Source of the DNA: an uncultured Planctomycetaceae bacterium
GTDB taxonomy: Bacteria; Planctomycetota; Planctomycetia; Isosphaerales; Isosphaeraceae
Assembly (NCBI GenBank): GCA_963833985.1
Contig: CAWIAD010000002.1
Location: 1,792,001-1,856,000 of the forward strand
Length of the DNA stretch: 64,000 bases
Direction of reading: 5' to 3'
Of this stretch, positions 11,657 through 20,557 are shown piece by piece. Under the pieces are notes generated by a model. The model made no database searches, was not told the origin of the DNA, and saw only the letters and a list, made by a program, of their open reading frames with translations. The position numbers and the translations under genes were made by a program. Within the stretch, counting starts at the first letter, position 1. Each line of letters starts with the position of its first letter.

Positions 11657-12064
11657 TCAGAGAAAGGGGTCGAGCACCGGAACGCCCGCCTTTCGAAAAT
11701 CCCGGACATTTCGCGTGACGACCGTGAGGCCATGTGCCAGCGCGGTCGCGGCAATCATGCTGTCCAGCAAGGGAAGCGCCTGTCCCTTTGCTCGTAGCCG
11801 CGCGACCATTCGTGCCCAGCGGTGACTGGTGGCCGCATCCCACGCCAGGCAATCGATCCGGTCCACGACTTCCTGAAACCACCGCTCAAGCTGAGCGCGC
11901 TTGCGTCCACGCGGCAGCAGGTGAATGCCGAGAGCGATTTCGCCAAGGATCACGGAGTCCACGACGAAGTCTGCTTCGTGTGCACTCAGCCAGGCGACCA
12001 CCTTGGCGTCGGGGCCTTGTTTGGTTAGCTCGCACAGGATATTTGCGTCGACCAGATAAGTCAT
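11657..12064 (-). CDS. vapC: VapC-family PIN-domain toxin
   Basis: YLVDANIL, EIALG, DSMIAATA and VTRNVRDF carry the PIN acidic residues. Confidence 0.92.
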   Translation of the reverse strand: MTYLVDANILCELTKQGPDAKVVAWLSAHEADFVVDSVILGEIALGIHLLPRGRKRAQLERWFQEVVDRIDCLAWDAATSHRWARMVARLRAKGQALPLLDSMIAATALAHGLTVVTRNVRDFRKAGVPVLDPFL

Positions 12065-12312
12065 CCCAGCTTTGGCATCGCGATGTCGTTGCTCGTTTCT
12101 GACCGATCGGCCGGCTGGAACCAGCCTTTGAGCGGACAGTCGAGCAGGAGCTGCACCAAGCCTTCATTGCGCCGCCGCTTCATTCGCTTCAGCAAGTATT
12201 CACCTTGATCAAGGCGCTGGACCTCGAATTCTTGGCCGGACTTGATGTCATCCTGCTGCCGGATCGCGGCGGGCAAGACGATCTGTCCCTTGCTGGAGAT
12301 GGTGGTCTTCAT
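12061..12312 (-). CDS. AbrB/MazE/SpoVT-family antitoxin (VapB-like)
   Basis: MKTTISSKGQIVLPAAIRQQ swapped-hairpin motif; overlaps the toxin start by 4 nt (ATGA). Confidence 0.9.
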   Translation of the reverse strand: MKTTISSKGQIVLPAAIRQQDDIKSGQEFEVQRLDQGEYLLKRMKRRRNEGLVQLLLDCPLKGWFQPADRSETSNDIAMPKLG

Positions 12313-12317
12313 GCCGG

Positions 12318-12348
12318 GTAAGATATCGTCTTACGAGCCGTGCGTCAA
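12318..12348 (-). promoter_or_regulatory. Sigma70-type promoter and palindromic operator of the TA operon
   Basis: Minus strand TTGACG (12348-12343), 17 nt, TATCTT (12325-12320); inverted repeat GTAAGA-N5-TCTTAC at 12318-12334 covers the -10. Confidence 0.7.
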
Positions 12349-12548
12349 ACGCGCTGCGGACCGTCCACCGCGCAACGAACGTCCATGCCGTTACTGGTAT
12401 TTTACGATATCGCGATCGGTTTGATCGAAACGCCCCCGATCGTCAGGAGGAAACGGCACCCAGCCTTTCTCGTGGAGTGCGTCAAGCGGAGCAACGACAC
12501 ATCGCACCTCGAGCCTGACCTCTCCGAGCGGGGCTTACGACCTGAGAG

Positions 12549-13787
12549 CTACGCCAGGTCTCCGCGCCGGGCGCCTCGTTCCCCATTCACGGGCCGGCTG
12601 GTTGTCGGGTTCGTCTTGTTCTGCAACAGGGCGCCGGGGTTGATCCCGGCTGTGGGCGGGCCGCCGATCCAGAAGTCGAGCACCGGAGAGGAATGGTCCC
12701 CGAGCGCCAGAGCCGAGACGGCGGGCTCGCGGTGCACCGGCGACGGAGCTGAAGCCGTGGACGGAGCCGCAGGGATGGGCCCCGAGCGTGGCACGGCGGG
12801 CGGGTCGGGCTCGGATCGCGGGACGGGCTCAGCCGGGTCGCCGCGTTCGGAACAGCGGACCATGGGGAGATCGCGCTCCTTCCGCAGCCGCTCCAGCTTG
12901 GTCCAGGCCGAGCGGAAGAGCCGATCGGCCGCCATTTCATAGCGGTGCAGCCGCGTCCCTTCGGGACCCAGGTCGATCTCCACTCCCGAGCGCCAGTCCT
13001 GCAACTGCGGCTGCTCGACCCCCTCCCACACCTCTTCATGCCGGCCTTCGAGCGCGGCCACTTCTTCCTCGATCATCTGCCGCAACCCGACCACACCGTC
13101 GTCCGAGCCCGTCCGGGCCTGCACGCGCAGCGCTTTCAGCCGGGCGGTCTGATGATCCAGGTGCCGCAGCTCCGCCGGCACCCCCAGCAGGTCCAGCGCC
13201 AGGGCCAGGTCGGCCTCGGTCCAGGTGCAGCCCGGCCCGCCCTCGTCGTCGCCGCTGAGCAGGCCGTTGCCCAGCAGCGTCCAGCGGCCGATGAGCCAGT
13301 CGCAGCCGGCCGAGCTGCGCATCAGGCGGAGCACGGTTCCCTCGGGATCGTCGCTCAGCTTGCGGCCGAGCTCGGCAGCCGCAAGCTGCTCATCCTGCTC
13401 CCAGTTGGCGAACCGGGCGGCATTCCTGCGGGCATCATGCCGGATGATCCGCACGGCCAGCACCTCGCTCCTCCAGGCCCCCAGCGCCATCTGGCGCACC
13501 AGCTCGCGTTCGACCGTATTGCGGGGCTTGAACACGCGGGCATATTCGGCCGCGCGGCGTTCGACCTCCGCGGCCCCGTCCGGCGGCAGGACGATCCCCG
13601 CGCCGGTGAGCCCCTCCTTGCAGCCGTTGCGCCGGCTGCGTTCCTTCCCCTGGTCCGAGGTCGGCCCGCGTGACAGCCGCCCATTGGCCCGGCTGGCCTC
13701 GGCCCGTGCGGTGCTGGGACCAGGACAAATCGTCGTGGCGGTGGACGTGGAAGTGGAATCGAGCGGTTCGGCGAGCGCGGCGAGCAT
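12549..13787 (-). CDS. Hypothetical protein with N-terminal RANGRLSRGPTSDQGKERSRRN motif and Pro-rich tail
   Basis: 412-aa ORF with AAGGAG RBS; the motif resembles the N-x3-STGP-T-EGK-x2-S-x2-N class of uncharacterised proteins. Confidence 0.75.
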   Translation of the reverse strand: MLAALAEPLDSTSTSTATTICPGPSTARAEASRANGRLSRGPTSDQGKERSRRNGCKEGLTGAGIVLPPDGAAEVERRAAEYARVFKPRNTVERELVRQMALGAWRSEVLAVRIIRHDARRNAARFANWEQDEQLAAAELGRKLSDDPEGTVLRLMRSSAGCDWLIGRWTLLGNGLLSGDDEGGPGCTWTEADLALALDLLGVPAELRHLDHQTARLKALRVQARTGSDDGVVGLRQMIEEEVAALEGRHEEVWEGVEQPQLQDWRSGVEIDLGPEGTRLHRYEMAADRLFRSAWTKLERLRKERDLPMVRCSERGDPAEPVPRSEPDPPAVPRSGPIPAAPSTASAPSPVHREPAVSALALGDHSSPVLDFWIGGPPTAGINPGALLQNKTNPTTSRPVNGERGARRGDLA

Positions 13788-13879
13788 CGGCGGCTCCTTG
13801 TCGAGGTGGAAGGGTTGTGGTGCCCCGGGGCTCGCTCCCCGCCCCGATTGATACGCCGGCCTCGTCGCCGGATTAAGCT

Positions 13880-13907
13880 ATTTTAAGCGATCAATTAGGA
13901 AAGTCAA
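13880..13907 (-). promoter_or_regulatory. Sigma70-type promoter for the 412-aa gene
   Basis: Minus strand TTGACT (13907-13902), 16 nt, TAAAAT (13885-13880) in an AT-rich patch. Confidence 0.6.
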
Positions 13908-13943
13908 ATGGCGCTCGCTGAGCATATGGTTTGATCCAAAGTT

Positions 13944-15162
13944 TGAAACCACGTCGCCGCGGCCGAAAAGCGCGGTTCGGACGGGGGAACCCTCCAACCT
14001 CGCCCGTCAGGGCGACCCGGTTCACGTGCAGGTCGGGCTCGCGCCCGAGGTTGGCGGCTGCGCCCGTCCGAACCACGGCCTGACGACCGTGGTCACGGTT
14101 TCCCGACTTCCGTGCTGTCTGGAACCGAGTGGTCCCAGCCGAGAAGCGCGGTCACCACGTCCCTCAGTCCGCTGAGCACGGCTTGACGACCGTGGTCACG
14201 GTGGCCGGACTACCGCGCTGCCTGGAACCGATTCGCCCCAGCAGAGAGGAGCCGTGAGCACGTCTGCCAGTCCGCTCACCACGTCCGTGCGATTGCGATG
14301 ACCACGTCCGTGAGGGCGTGGTTCGGACGGGGGAACCCCCCAACCTCGCCCGTGAGGGCGACCCGGTTCACGTGCAGGTCGGGCTCGCGCCCGAGGTTGG
14401 CGGCTGCGCCTGTCCGAACCACGGCCTGACGACCATGGTCACCCTGGCCGGACTCCCGCGTCATCTGGAACGGGGTCGCCCCAGGCGAGAGGAGCCGTGA
14501 CCCCGTCTGTCAGTCCGGTGACCACGTCCGTGAGGGCGTGGTTCGGACGGGCGCAGCCTCCAACCTCGCCCGTGAGGGCGATCCCGCCGGTGGCTCGAAC
14601 TCTCCACCAGGGCAGAACTCCGCGATGCATGTCCTCTTTCCATGCTCTTTCCATGTCCGTGTGCATGCCAGGGCAGAACTCCGCGATGCATGTCCTCTTT
14701 CCATGTTTCGAACTCCGCAATGCATGTCCTCTTTCCGTGTCTTTCCGTGTGTGTCCTCTTTCCATGCATGCCAGGGCAGAACTCCGCAATGCATGTCCTC
14801 TTTCCGTGTCTGTCCTCTTTCCGTGTCCTCTTTCCGTGTCCTGAAACCACGTCGCCGCGGCCGAAAAGCGCGATTCGGACGGGGGAACCCTCCAACCTCG
14901 CCCGTGAGGGCGACCCGGTTCAAGTGCAGGTCGGGCTGACGCCCGAGGTTGGAGGCTGCGCCCGTCCGAACCACGGCCTGACGACCGTGGTCACGGTGGC
15001 CGGACTCCCGCTGCCTCGAAATGAGCCGACCGAGCCGAAAGCGCGGTGACCACGTCCGTGAGGGCGTGGTTCGGACGGGGGAACCCTCCAACCTCGCCCG
15101 TGAGGGCGATCCGGCCGGTGGGTTGTCGCTTGGGCATCAACAGTCCGCCAGGGCAGAGCTCC
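13944..15162. repeat. Mosaic palindromic array of a 51-bp unit in alternating orientation (BIME/REPIN-like)
   Basis: Forward unit GTGACCACGTCCGTGAGGGCGTGGTTCGGACGGGGGAACCCTCCAACCTCG at 14298, 14518 and 15046 (partial at 13971 and 14869); inverted copies at 14046-14096, 14392-14442 and 14944-14994 (partial 14177-14199). Confidence 0.9.
14607..14841. repeat. Scrambled short-repeat patch (CCAGGGCAGAACTCCGC-ATGCATGTCCTCTTTCC and 13-bp TGTCCTCTTTCCG tandems)
   Basis: Copies start at 14607, 14668, 14710 (partial) and 14771; 13-bp tandem at 14811-14841. Confidence 0.9.
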
Positions 15163-15194
15163 TTGATGAATCGCGGCCGCGAAGACGCCACCGC

Positions 15195-15223
15195 TTGACG
15201 CCGCGTCGGGCGTACTCGATAGT
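15195..15223 (+). promoter_or_regulatory. Putative promoter of the fluoride-riboswitch operon
   Basis: TTGACG (15195-15200), 17 nt, GATAGT (15218-15223), just upstream of the aptamer. Confidence 0.45.
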
Positions 15224-15239
15224 AGATGAATCGGATTTC

Positions 15240-15290
15240 GGCGATGGGGTTCGCCCTGGAACCGCCGCTCATGCGGCTGATAACCCCTAC
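15240..15290 (+). ncRNA. Fluoride (crcB-motif) riboswitch aptamer
   Basis: GGCGATGGGGTTCGCC-ctgg-AACCGCC-gctcatgc-GGCTGATAACCCCTAC matches the GGCGAUGG-GUUCGCC...AACCGC...GCUGAU-AC-CCUAC consensus; lies upstream of crcB. Confidence 0.92.
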
Positions 15291-15330
15291 CGGAAGGTTC
15301 AACCTTCGGGTGGGGCTCGTGATGAGGCCA

Positions 15331-15365
15331 AGGCCCTTGGGAACCTTCCCGAGGGCTTTCTTGTT
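15331..15365 (+). terminator. Putative intrinsic terminator in the riboswitch leader
   Basis: Stem AGGCCCTTGGGAA/TTCCCGAGGGCTT followed by a T-rich run (TTTCTTGTT), between the aptamer and the first ORF. Confidence 0.6.
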
Positions 15366-15428
15366 GGTCGGCCACACCGCGGCCGATGGTCACGCGTCCC
15401 GGCAGCTCCTCAGGAACACCGGCCTCCC

Positions 15429-15837
15429 ATGTCTCGACTCACTGAAAACCATGGCCGCCATGTCGTCCAGACCTTTCTCAGCATCCACAGGCGCCTGGCC
15501 GAACTGGAGGGGCTCCTCGCCCAGAGCGGCACGGAGTCGGTCTTCTCGCAACTGAACACCGATCTCCCGCCCGCGGAATCCCGGGTGCTCCAGGATCACT
15601 TCGCACGGATACGTGCCGCGAGGCGCGCCGCCGTCGATGACCTGGCCCTGCCGCTGGAAGCCCGCAAGACAAGCCTGCGCCTGGATCCTGGAAACGCATC
15701 TCATGCAGATCCAGGTTTCCGTGGATGACATGGGGCCCAGGCAGATGGCCGCCTACGGGCCGCTGCCGGCCGAGGGAGCCTTGATGACCGAAAAGTCCAG
15801 TCGTCCTGGGAGACCAACTCGTGGAGACGTGGGTTAA
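15429..15837 (+). CDS. Hypothetical helical protein, first gene after the fluoride riboswitch; frameshift near 15680
   Basis: MSRLTENHGRHVVQTFLSIHRRLAELEGLL...ARKTSLR continues in the other frame as WILETHLMQIQVSVDDMGPRQMAAYGPLP. Confidence 0.6.
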
Positions 15838-16351
15838 GGTTCTGGCGTTATCGCTGGGTGGCGTGGCGGGTGTCAATGCGCGCTACTGGCTTGGAGTCTG
15901 GATCAACCGCTGGGCCAGTTCGCAGTTCCCCTGGGCGACGTTCGCCATCAACGTCTCCGGGGCGTTCGCGATCGGCTTTCTGACCGCGCTGCTGGCCCGG
16001 TGGTCGCCCCACTCCTATCTCCGATTGTTGCTTCTGGTCGGGTTCCTGGGTGGTTATACCACCTTCTCGACCTTCGCCTTCGAGACCGTGACCCTCTGGC
16101 AGCGCGGGGAGTTGGCATTCAGCCTGACCTATGCCCTCGGGAGTGTGGCGGGCGGCTGCGCTGCCGTGATTCTTGGTGCGGTGCTGGCACAGATGATCGT
16201 CCAGCCCACTTGGAGCCGGTCGCTGCGGATGGGACAATACGAGAGCCAGACCTCAGACCTGGGATCGCCGGAGATTCGGCGCGCGGACCCCCAGCGCAGT
16301 GGCGGTGATTTCGTGGCCTCGTCGGCCGAGCTCGGAGAGACAACCGAGTGA
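15821..16351 (+). CDS. crcB: Fluoride channel Fluc/CrcB
   Basis: GGVAGVNARY, FPWATFAINVSG and GFLGGYTTFSTF motifs; four TM helices plus a soluble C-terminal extension. Confidence 0.95.
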   Translation: METWVKVLALSLGGVAGVNARYWLGVWINRWASSQFPWATFAINVSGAFAIGFLTALLARWSPHSYLRLLLLVGFLGGYTTFSTFAFETVTLWQRGELAFSLTYALGSVAGGCAAVILGAVLAQMIVQPTWSRSLRMGQYESQTSDLGSPEIRRADPQRSGGDFVASSAELGETTE

Positions 16352-16370
16352 ACCGGAGGGCGTACAGGCC

Positions 16371-17129
16371 ATGAACATCCCCCAGGAAGCCGTGCAGCTT
16401 TGTCTTTATCTCAATGCCAGCGATCGGATCGAAGGCAAGCCCGTCTATCGCCGTGCCGTCGAGACGGCGCGGGCGCTCCATCTGGCGGGTGCCTCGGTCT
16501 TCCTGGTTGATTTCAGCTATGGCGTCCATAAGAGGATTCGCGATGCCAGGAGCGAGTATCTCTCGTTCGAGATCCCCGTCGTCGTCGAGGTCGTCGACGC
16601 GGCCGAGAAGATCGGTCTCTTGCAAACGGCCCTCGATACGATGATCGGCGAGGGACTCGTCGTCACCCGTCCTGTTCGCGTCCGGCACTACGCGGGACAC
16701 CTCCTTCCGGCGCCTGGCCATACGACAACCACCGAAAACCCTGCGACGGCGGCTCTGGCGAGCGGGAGCTCGGGCACCATGAAGATCGAAGGCGAAGCCC
16801 AGCGCGTGACCGTGTATATCGGCAACAGCGACACCTGGCACGGCCGCAACCTGGTGACGGCCATCGTCGAGAAATGCCGCGCGATGGGCATCGCCGGTGC
16901 CACGGCGGCCGTCGGAGTGATGGGTTTCGGCAAGACCTCCCGGATCCACCGGGCCGGGCTGCTGGGCCTCTCCGAGGACTTGCCGGAACGGATCGAGATC
17001 GTCGACCGTCGCGAGCAGATCGAGCGGCTCCTCCCCGCGCTCGAAGAGCTCGTCCAGGGCGGTCTGATCGTGGTCGAGGATGTCCATGTCGTCCGCTACC
17101 TGCATGATGCGAAGCCGTCCCGAGGGTGA
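16371..17129 (+). CDS. Tandem DUF190 (PII-like) domain protein
   Basis: Two related domains; the second has TVYIGNSDTWHGR, GIAGATA.VGVMGFG and LSEDLPERIEIVD; typical crcB neighbour. Confidence 0.88.
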   Translation: MNIPQEAVQLCLYLNASDRIEGKPVYRRAVETARALHLAGASVFLVDFSYGVHKRIRDARSEYLSFEIPVVVEVVDAAEKIGLLQTALDTMIGEGLVVTRPVRVRHYAGHLLPAPGHTTTTENPATAALASGSSGTMKIEGEAQRVTVYIGNSDTWHGRNLVTAIVEKCRAMGIAGATAAVGVMGFGKTSRIHRAGLLGLSEDLPERIEIVDRREQIERLLPALEELVQGGLIVVEDVHVVRYLHDAKPSRG

Positions 17130-17136
17130 GTTCTCC

Positions 17137-18345
17137 TCAGCTCAGGTTCGACCGCGCGGCTTCACGCCGGACCATCCACAGCAAGGGCAGGGCAGCGAGC
17201 TGCACGACCACGGAAAAGCCGACCAGGGCCGTCAGGGACCGGTCATAGAGCATGCCCATCGCTGCGCTGCCCGCGAACCATGCCAGGCCGAACGCGGTGC
17301 TGAACACTCCAAAGGCAGACCCGCGCCGCGCGGCAGGGACCATACGCGCGACCGCCGCGCGAAGGATGGACTCCTGGGCACCCAGGCCGATGCCCCAGAG
17401 GATCATGCCCAGCAGCGCGGACGGCCATCCCCCAAGGAACACCAGAGGTGCGAAGAACGCCGAGCCCAGCACGGCGCAGCCAAGGACTGTGAGGCCGAAG
17501 CGGTCGAAGAGGCGGCCCAGTGCCAGCGCCGCGAGGGCGTCCACGGCCATGGCCAGGGAATAGACCGCGGGGATCCAGCCGGCGGGAACGAGCGCCGCCT
17601 TGCTGAAGTGATAGGCGATGAGCGGGAAGTCGGCATAACCGGCGGCAACGAGTGCGGAAGCGGCCATGTAAATCCAGTAAACGCGGGGAAACGCTTGAGG
17701 GCCGGGTGCGGGGCCCACGGGCTCGAGGTCGCGGGGGCGCGGATGGAGCCGCCTGGCCACAAGGAGGATCGCCACCGTGGCCAGGGCCGGAACGAGCAAC
17801 ACCGCGAAGGCCTGGTTATAGCTATGCCCGGAGGCCAGAACCGCCACGATGATGAGCGGGCCGACGACGGCCCCGACCTGGTCGAGTGCCTCGTGCAGGC
17901 CGAAACCCTTACCGTGGCCGACCTGGTGAGTGGCGTGAGACAGCATGGCGTCGCGGGCCGGTGCGCGGACGGCCTTGCCGGTCCGTTCCAGAAGCATCAG
18001 CACCACGGCAATTTCCCAGCGGCCCGCGAGCGCCAGCAGGGGCACCGCGAAGAGGTTCACCGCGTATCCGGCCAGGGTGATCAGCCAGTGCCGGCCCGTG
18101 CGGTCCGCGACGTACCCGGAAACCAGCCGCAGGCCATGACCAAGCAGCTCGCCGAGCCCCGCGGCCACGCCCACCACCGTCCCGCTCGCTCCCAGTGTGG
18201 CCAGGAACGGACCGGTGATGCTTCGGGCCCCCTCGTACGTCATGTCCGCGAACAGGCTTACGAGGCCCAGCAGAACAATGAAACGAAAGGCGGTCGCCTG
18301 ACGAAGGCCCTCGCCCGCCGAGGTGGGTTCAGCACGTGGAAGCAT
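17137..18345 (-). CDS. MFS transporter
   Basis: 402 aa, about 12 hydrophobic segments, motif A SGYVADRTGR and GRLFDRFG. Confidence 0.9.
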   Translation of the reverse strand: MLPRAEPTSAGEGLRQATAFRFIVLLGLVSLFADMTYEGARSITGPFLATLGASGTVVGVAAGLGELLGHGLRLVSGYVADRTGRHWLITLAGYAVNLFAVPLLALAGRWEIAVVLMLLERTGKAVRAPARDAMLSHATHQVGHGKGFGLHEALDQVGAVVGPLIIVAVLASGHSYNQAFAVLLVPALATVAILLVARRLHPRPRDLEPVGPAPGPQAFPRVYWIYMAASALVAAGYADFPLIAYHFSKAALVPAGWIPAVYSLAMAVDALAALALGRLFDRFGLTVLGCAVLGSAFFAPLVFLGGWPSALLGMILWGIGLGAQESILRAAVARMVPAARRGSAFGVFSTAFGLAWFAGSAAMGMLYDRSLTALVGFSVVVQLAALPLLWMVRREAARSNLS

Positions 18346-18674
18346 CAGGGATCACTCGAACGGCCGGCGGCCGTGGGGTCGGCCGAAGTCAGCGTGTCTC
18401 TTCTCCTCCAGATCATCCGCAAAGCGGACCAGGAATGCCACTGCGGGTCATGGTGCTGGAAGCACCGGAGTGGTCTCCGAGGCATCGTTGCCATGGCATG
18501 CCATGCGCCGGCGCCGCTGCCGGCAGGCGCGTATCGACACAGGGGAAGGGGGTTGCTCCAGGCCTGGAAGACTCTTCTACTGTCATTTGAGGAACATGAC
18601 CGTTGTGCGCGCGCTGCGCTGCGTCCGCGTCCGCGTCTCGTCGCCACGACACCGCCTCACAGCCAGAGAGGACC

Positions 18675-19981
18675 ATGCCGATGAAAGCCAGCAGCAATAT
18701 CACCCGCCGGCAGTGCTTGTACAGCGCGGCCGCAAGCGCCATCGGGGTGCCGATGATCATCCCCGGCCGCGCTCTGGGCAAGAACGGCGCGACCGCACCC
18801 AGCGAGCGGATCACGGTGGGGTTCATCGGCTGCGGCAAGATGGCCAACGATTATCACTTGCCCGAGCTGCTCAAGTTTGGCGATGTCCAGGCGCTGGCGG
18901 TCTGCGAGGTCGACCGTTCACGCCGGGAGCACGTGCGCCGGCGGGTCGAGAAGGCCTACGAAGGGAAGACACCTACTCATGCCTGCGATGCGTATACCGA
19001 CTTCCGCGAGCTTGTGGGCCGGCGCGACATCGATGCGGTGTGCATCGCCACGCCCGAGCACTGGCATGTCATTCCGGCCATCGAGGCCATGAAGGCCGGC
19101 AAGGATGTTTACTGCGAGAAGCCGCTGACCTTGACTCTCGCGGAAGGCAAGCGCGTCATCGACGTTGCCCGCAAGTACGACCGCGTTTTCCAGACCGGCA
19201 GCCAGCAAAGGTCGAACGTGTTCGGCCACTTCCGCGAGGCGGCGGAGTTCATCCGCAGTGGCCGGCTGGGCCAGATCCAGACGGTCACCGTGGGCGTGGG
19301 CGGTCCCAGCCGCTGGTGTGACCTGCCCGGGGAGCCGATGGAGCCCGGTCTGGAGTGGGACCTGTGGCTTGGCCCTGCCCCCAAGCGGCCCTATAACCAC
19401 ATCCTCAGCCCGCGTGGCGTGCACAAGCACTTCCCCGCGTGGCGTGATTATCGCGAATACGCCGGGGGCGGCCACGCGGACATGGGCGCCCACCATTACG
19501 ACATCGCCCAGTGGTGCCTGGACATGGACCACTCCGGACCCGTTGAGATCTTGCCCCCCATGTCCCGCAACGCCCACCACGGCGTGACCTACCGCTACGC
19601 CAACGGTGTGGTGATGGTCCACGGCGGGCCGAGCGGCTGTACCTTCACCGGGAGCAACGGCACGCTCCGCATCGACCGCGATCATCTCACCAGCGACCCG
19701 GCCAGCATCGTCAAGGAACCGCTCGGCGCGAAGGAGGTCCATCTCGAAAAATCACCGGGCCATCATCGCAACTGGATTGATTGCATCCGCTCGCGCAAGC
19801 GCCCCTGGCCGATGTCGAGATCGGCGCACGGTCGGTGGCCATCACCATCCTGGGAAATCTCGCCTACTGGAACGGAGCGGCACTGCACTGGGATCCCGTG
19901 AAGTGGGAGTTCGTCGACCCCGCACAGAATCGCTGGCTGGACCGTGAGCGCCGCGATCCCTGGCAGCTTCCCGCCCTCTGA
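18675..19981 (+). CDS. Gfo/Idh/MocA oxidoreductase with Tat-like leader; frameshift near 19803
   Basis: ITRRQCL leader, VGFIGCG, IATPEHWH, DVYCEKPLT and WDLWLGPAP; C-terminus in ORF 19781..19981. Confidence 0.9.
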
Positions 19982-20182
19982 TTCTGATTCATTCATCAAG
20001 TTATTGATAAATGGATCATTGACTGCGACCAGCATTGCGGGCAGGACTGGCCCTGTGCATCATCAGAAACAAAATCATCGATAAGACGTATTCACCCTGT
20101 CACAAACATGGATGTTTTTCGTAGGCCGTGCGGATGCTCCTCTTTTCCCTGCACATTGAGTTCAATTTCCAGGAGTGAGATG

Positions 20183-20395
20183 ATGCCGGAGACTGTCGTT
20201 CACTTTCAGGTCCGTATGCCGCCAGACATCCACGAACGGTTGGCAAGCTGGGCAAAAGATCACAAGGCCTCGATCAATCAACTCGTTGTCGAAGTTCTCG
20301 GCAAAGCGGTGGAGCAACACCAGGAAAAGCTTCAGCCAACGGGCGCTCGTGACACCATTGGTGCCGGCGCGGCCGGGTCGCACCTGCACCGCTGA
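20183..20395 (+). CDS. Arc-like ribbon-helix-helix DNA-binding protein
   Basis: HFQVRMPPDIHERLASWAKDHKASINQLVVEVL; AGGAG RBS at 20171. Confidence 0.8.
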   Translation: MPETVVHFQVRMPPDIHERLASWAKDHKASINQLVVEVLGKAVEQHQEKLQPTGARDTIGAGAAGSHLHR

Positions 20396-20436
20396 GCACG
20401 GAATCAGACATGATGCCCGTTTCCTAGGGTCAGGCG

Positions 20437-20557
20437 GGCGGGCCTAAATAGCTCCCCGTAAGAGGGAAAGTGTGGGACGGCCGCCCTCGGCCGTCCTGAG
20501 CCAGCCGAGGGCGGCTGGCCCACATTAGAAGAGGCGAGGATTTATTTAGTCGCTTCC
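20437..20557. repeat. Inverted REP doublet enclosed by short imperfect terminal inverted repeats
   Basis: TGTGGGACGGCCGCCCTCGGCCGTCC...GCCAGCCGAGGGCGGCTGGCCCACA (20471-20524), each arm itself a hairpin; CTAAATA (20444) and TATTTAG (20543) flank it. Confidence 0.75.

Noticed and set aside
13944..15162. CRISPR array
   Set aside because: Units alternate in orientation, the intervening sequences are themselves repeated, spacing is irregular and no cas genes are present.
11657..15162. Prophage or autonomous integrative element
   Set aside because: No integrase, transposase, phage structural gene or att-like direct repeat could be identified.
13891..15393. Short track ORFs in the repeat array (e.g. 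MVRTGAAANLGREPD, HGKRT repeats)
   Set aside because: They are translations of the palindromic and stutter repeats on both strands, with no consistent RBS or protein-like composition.
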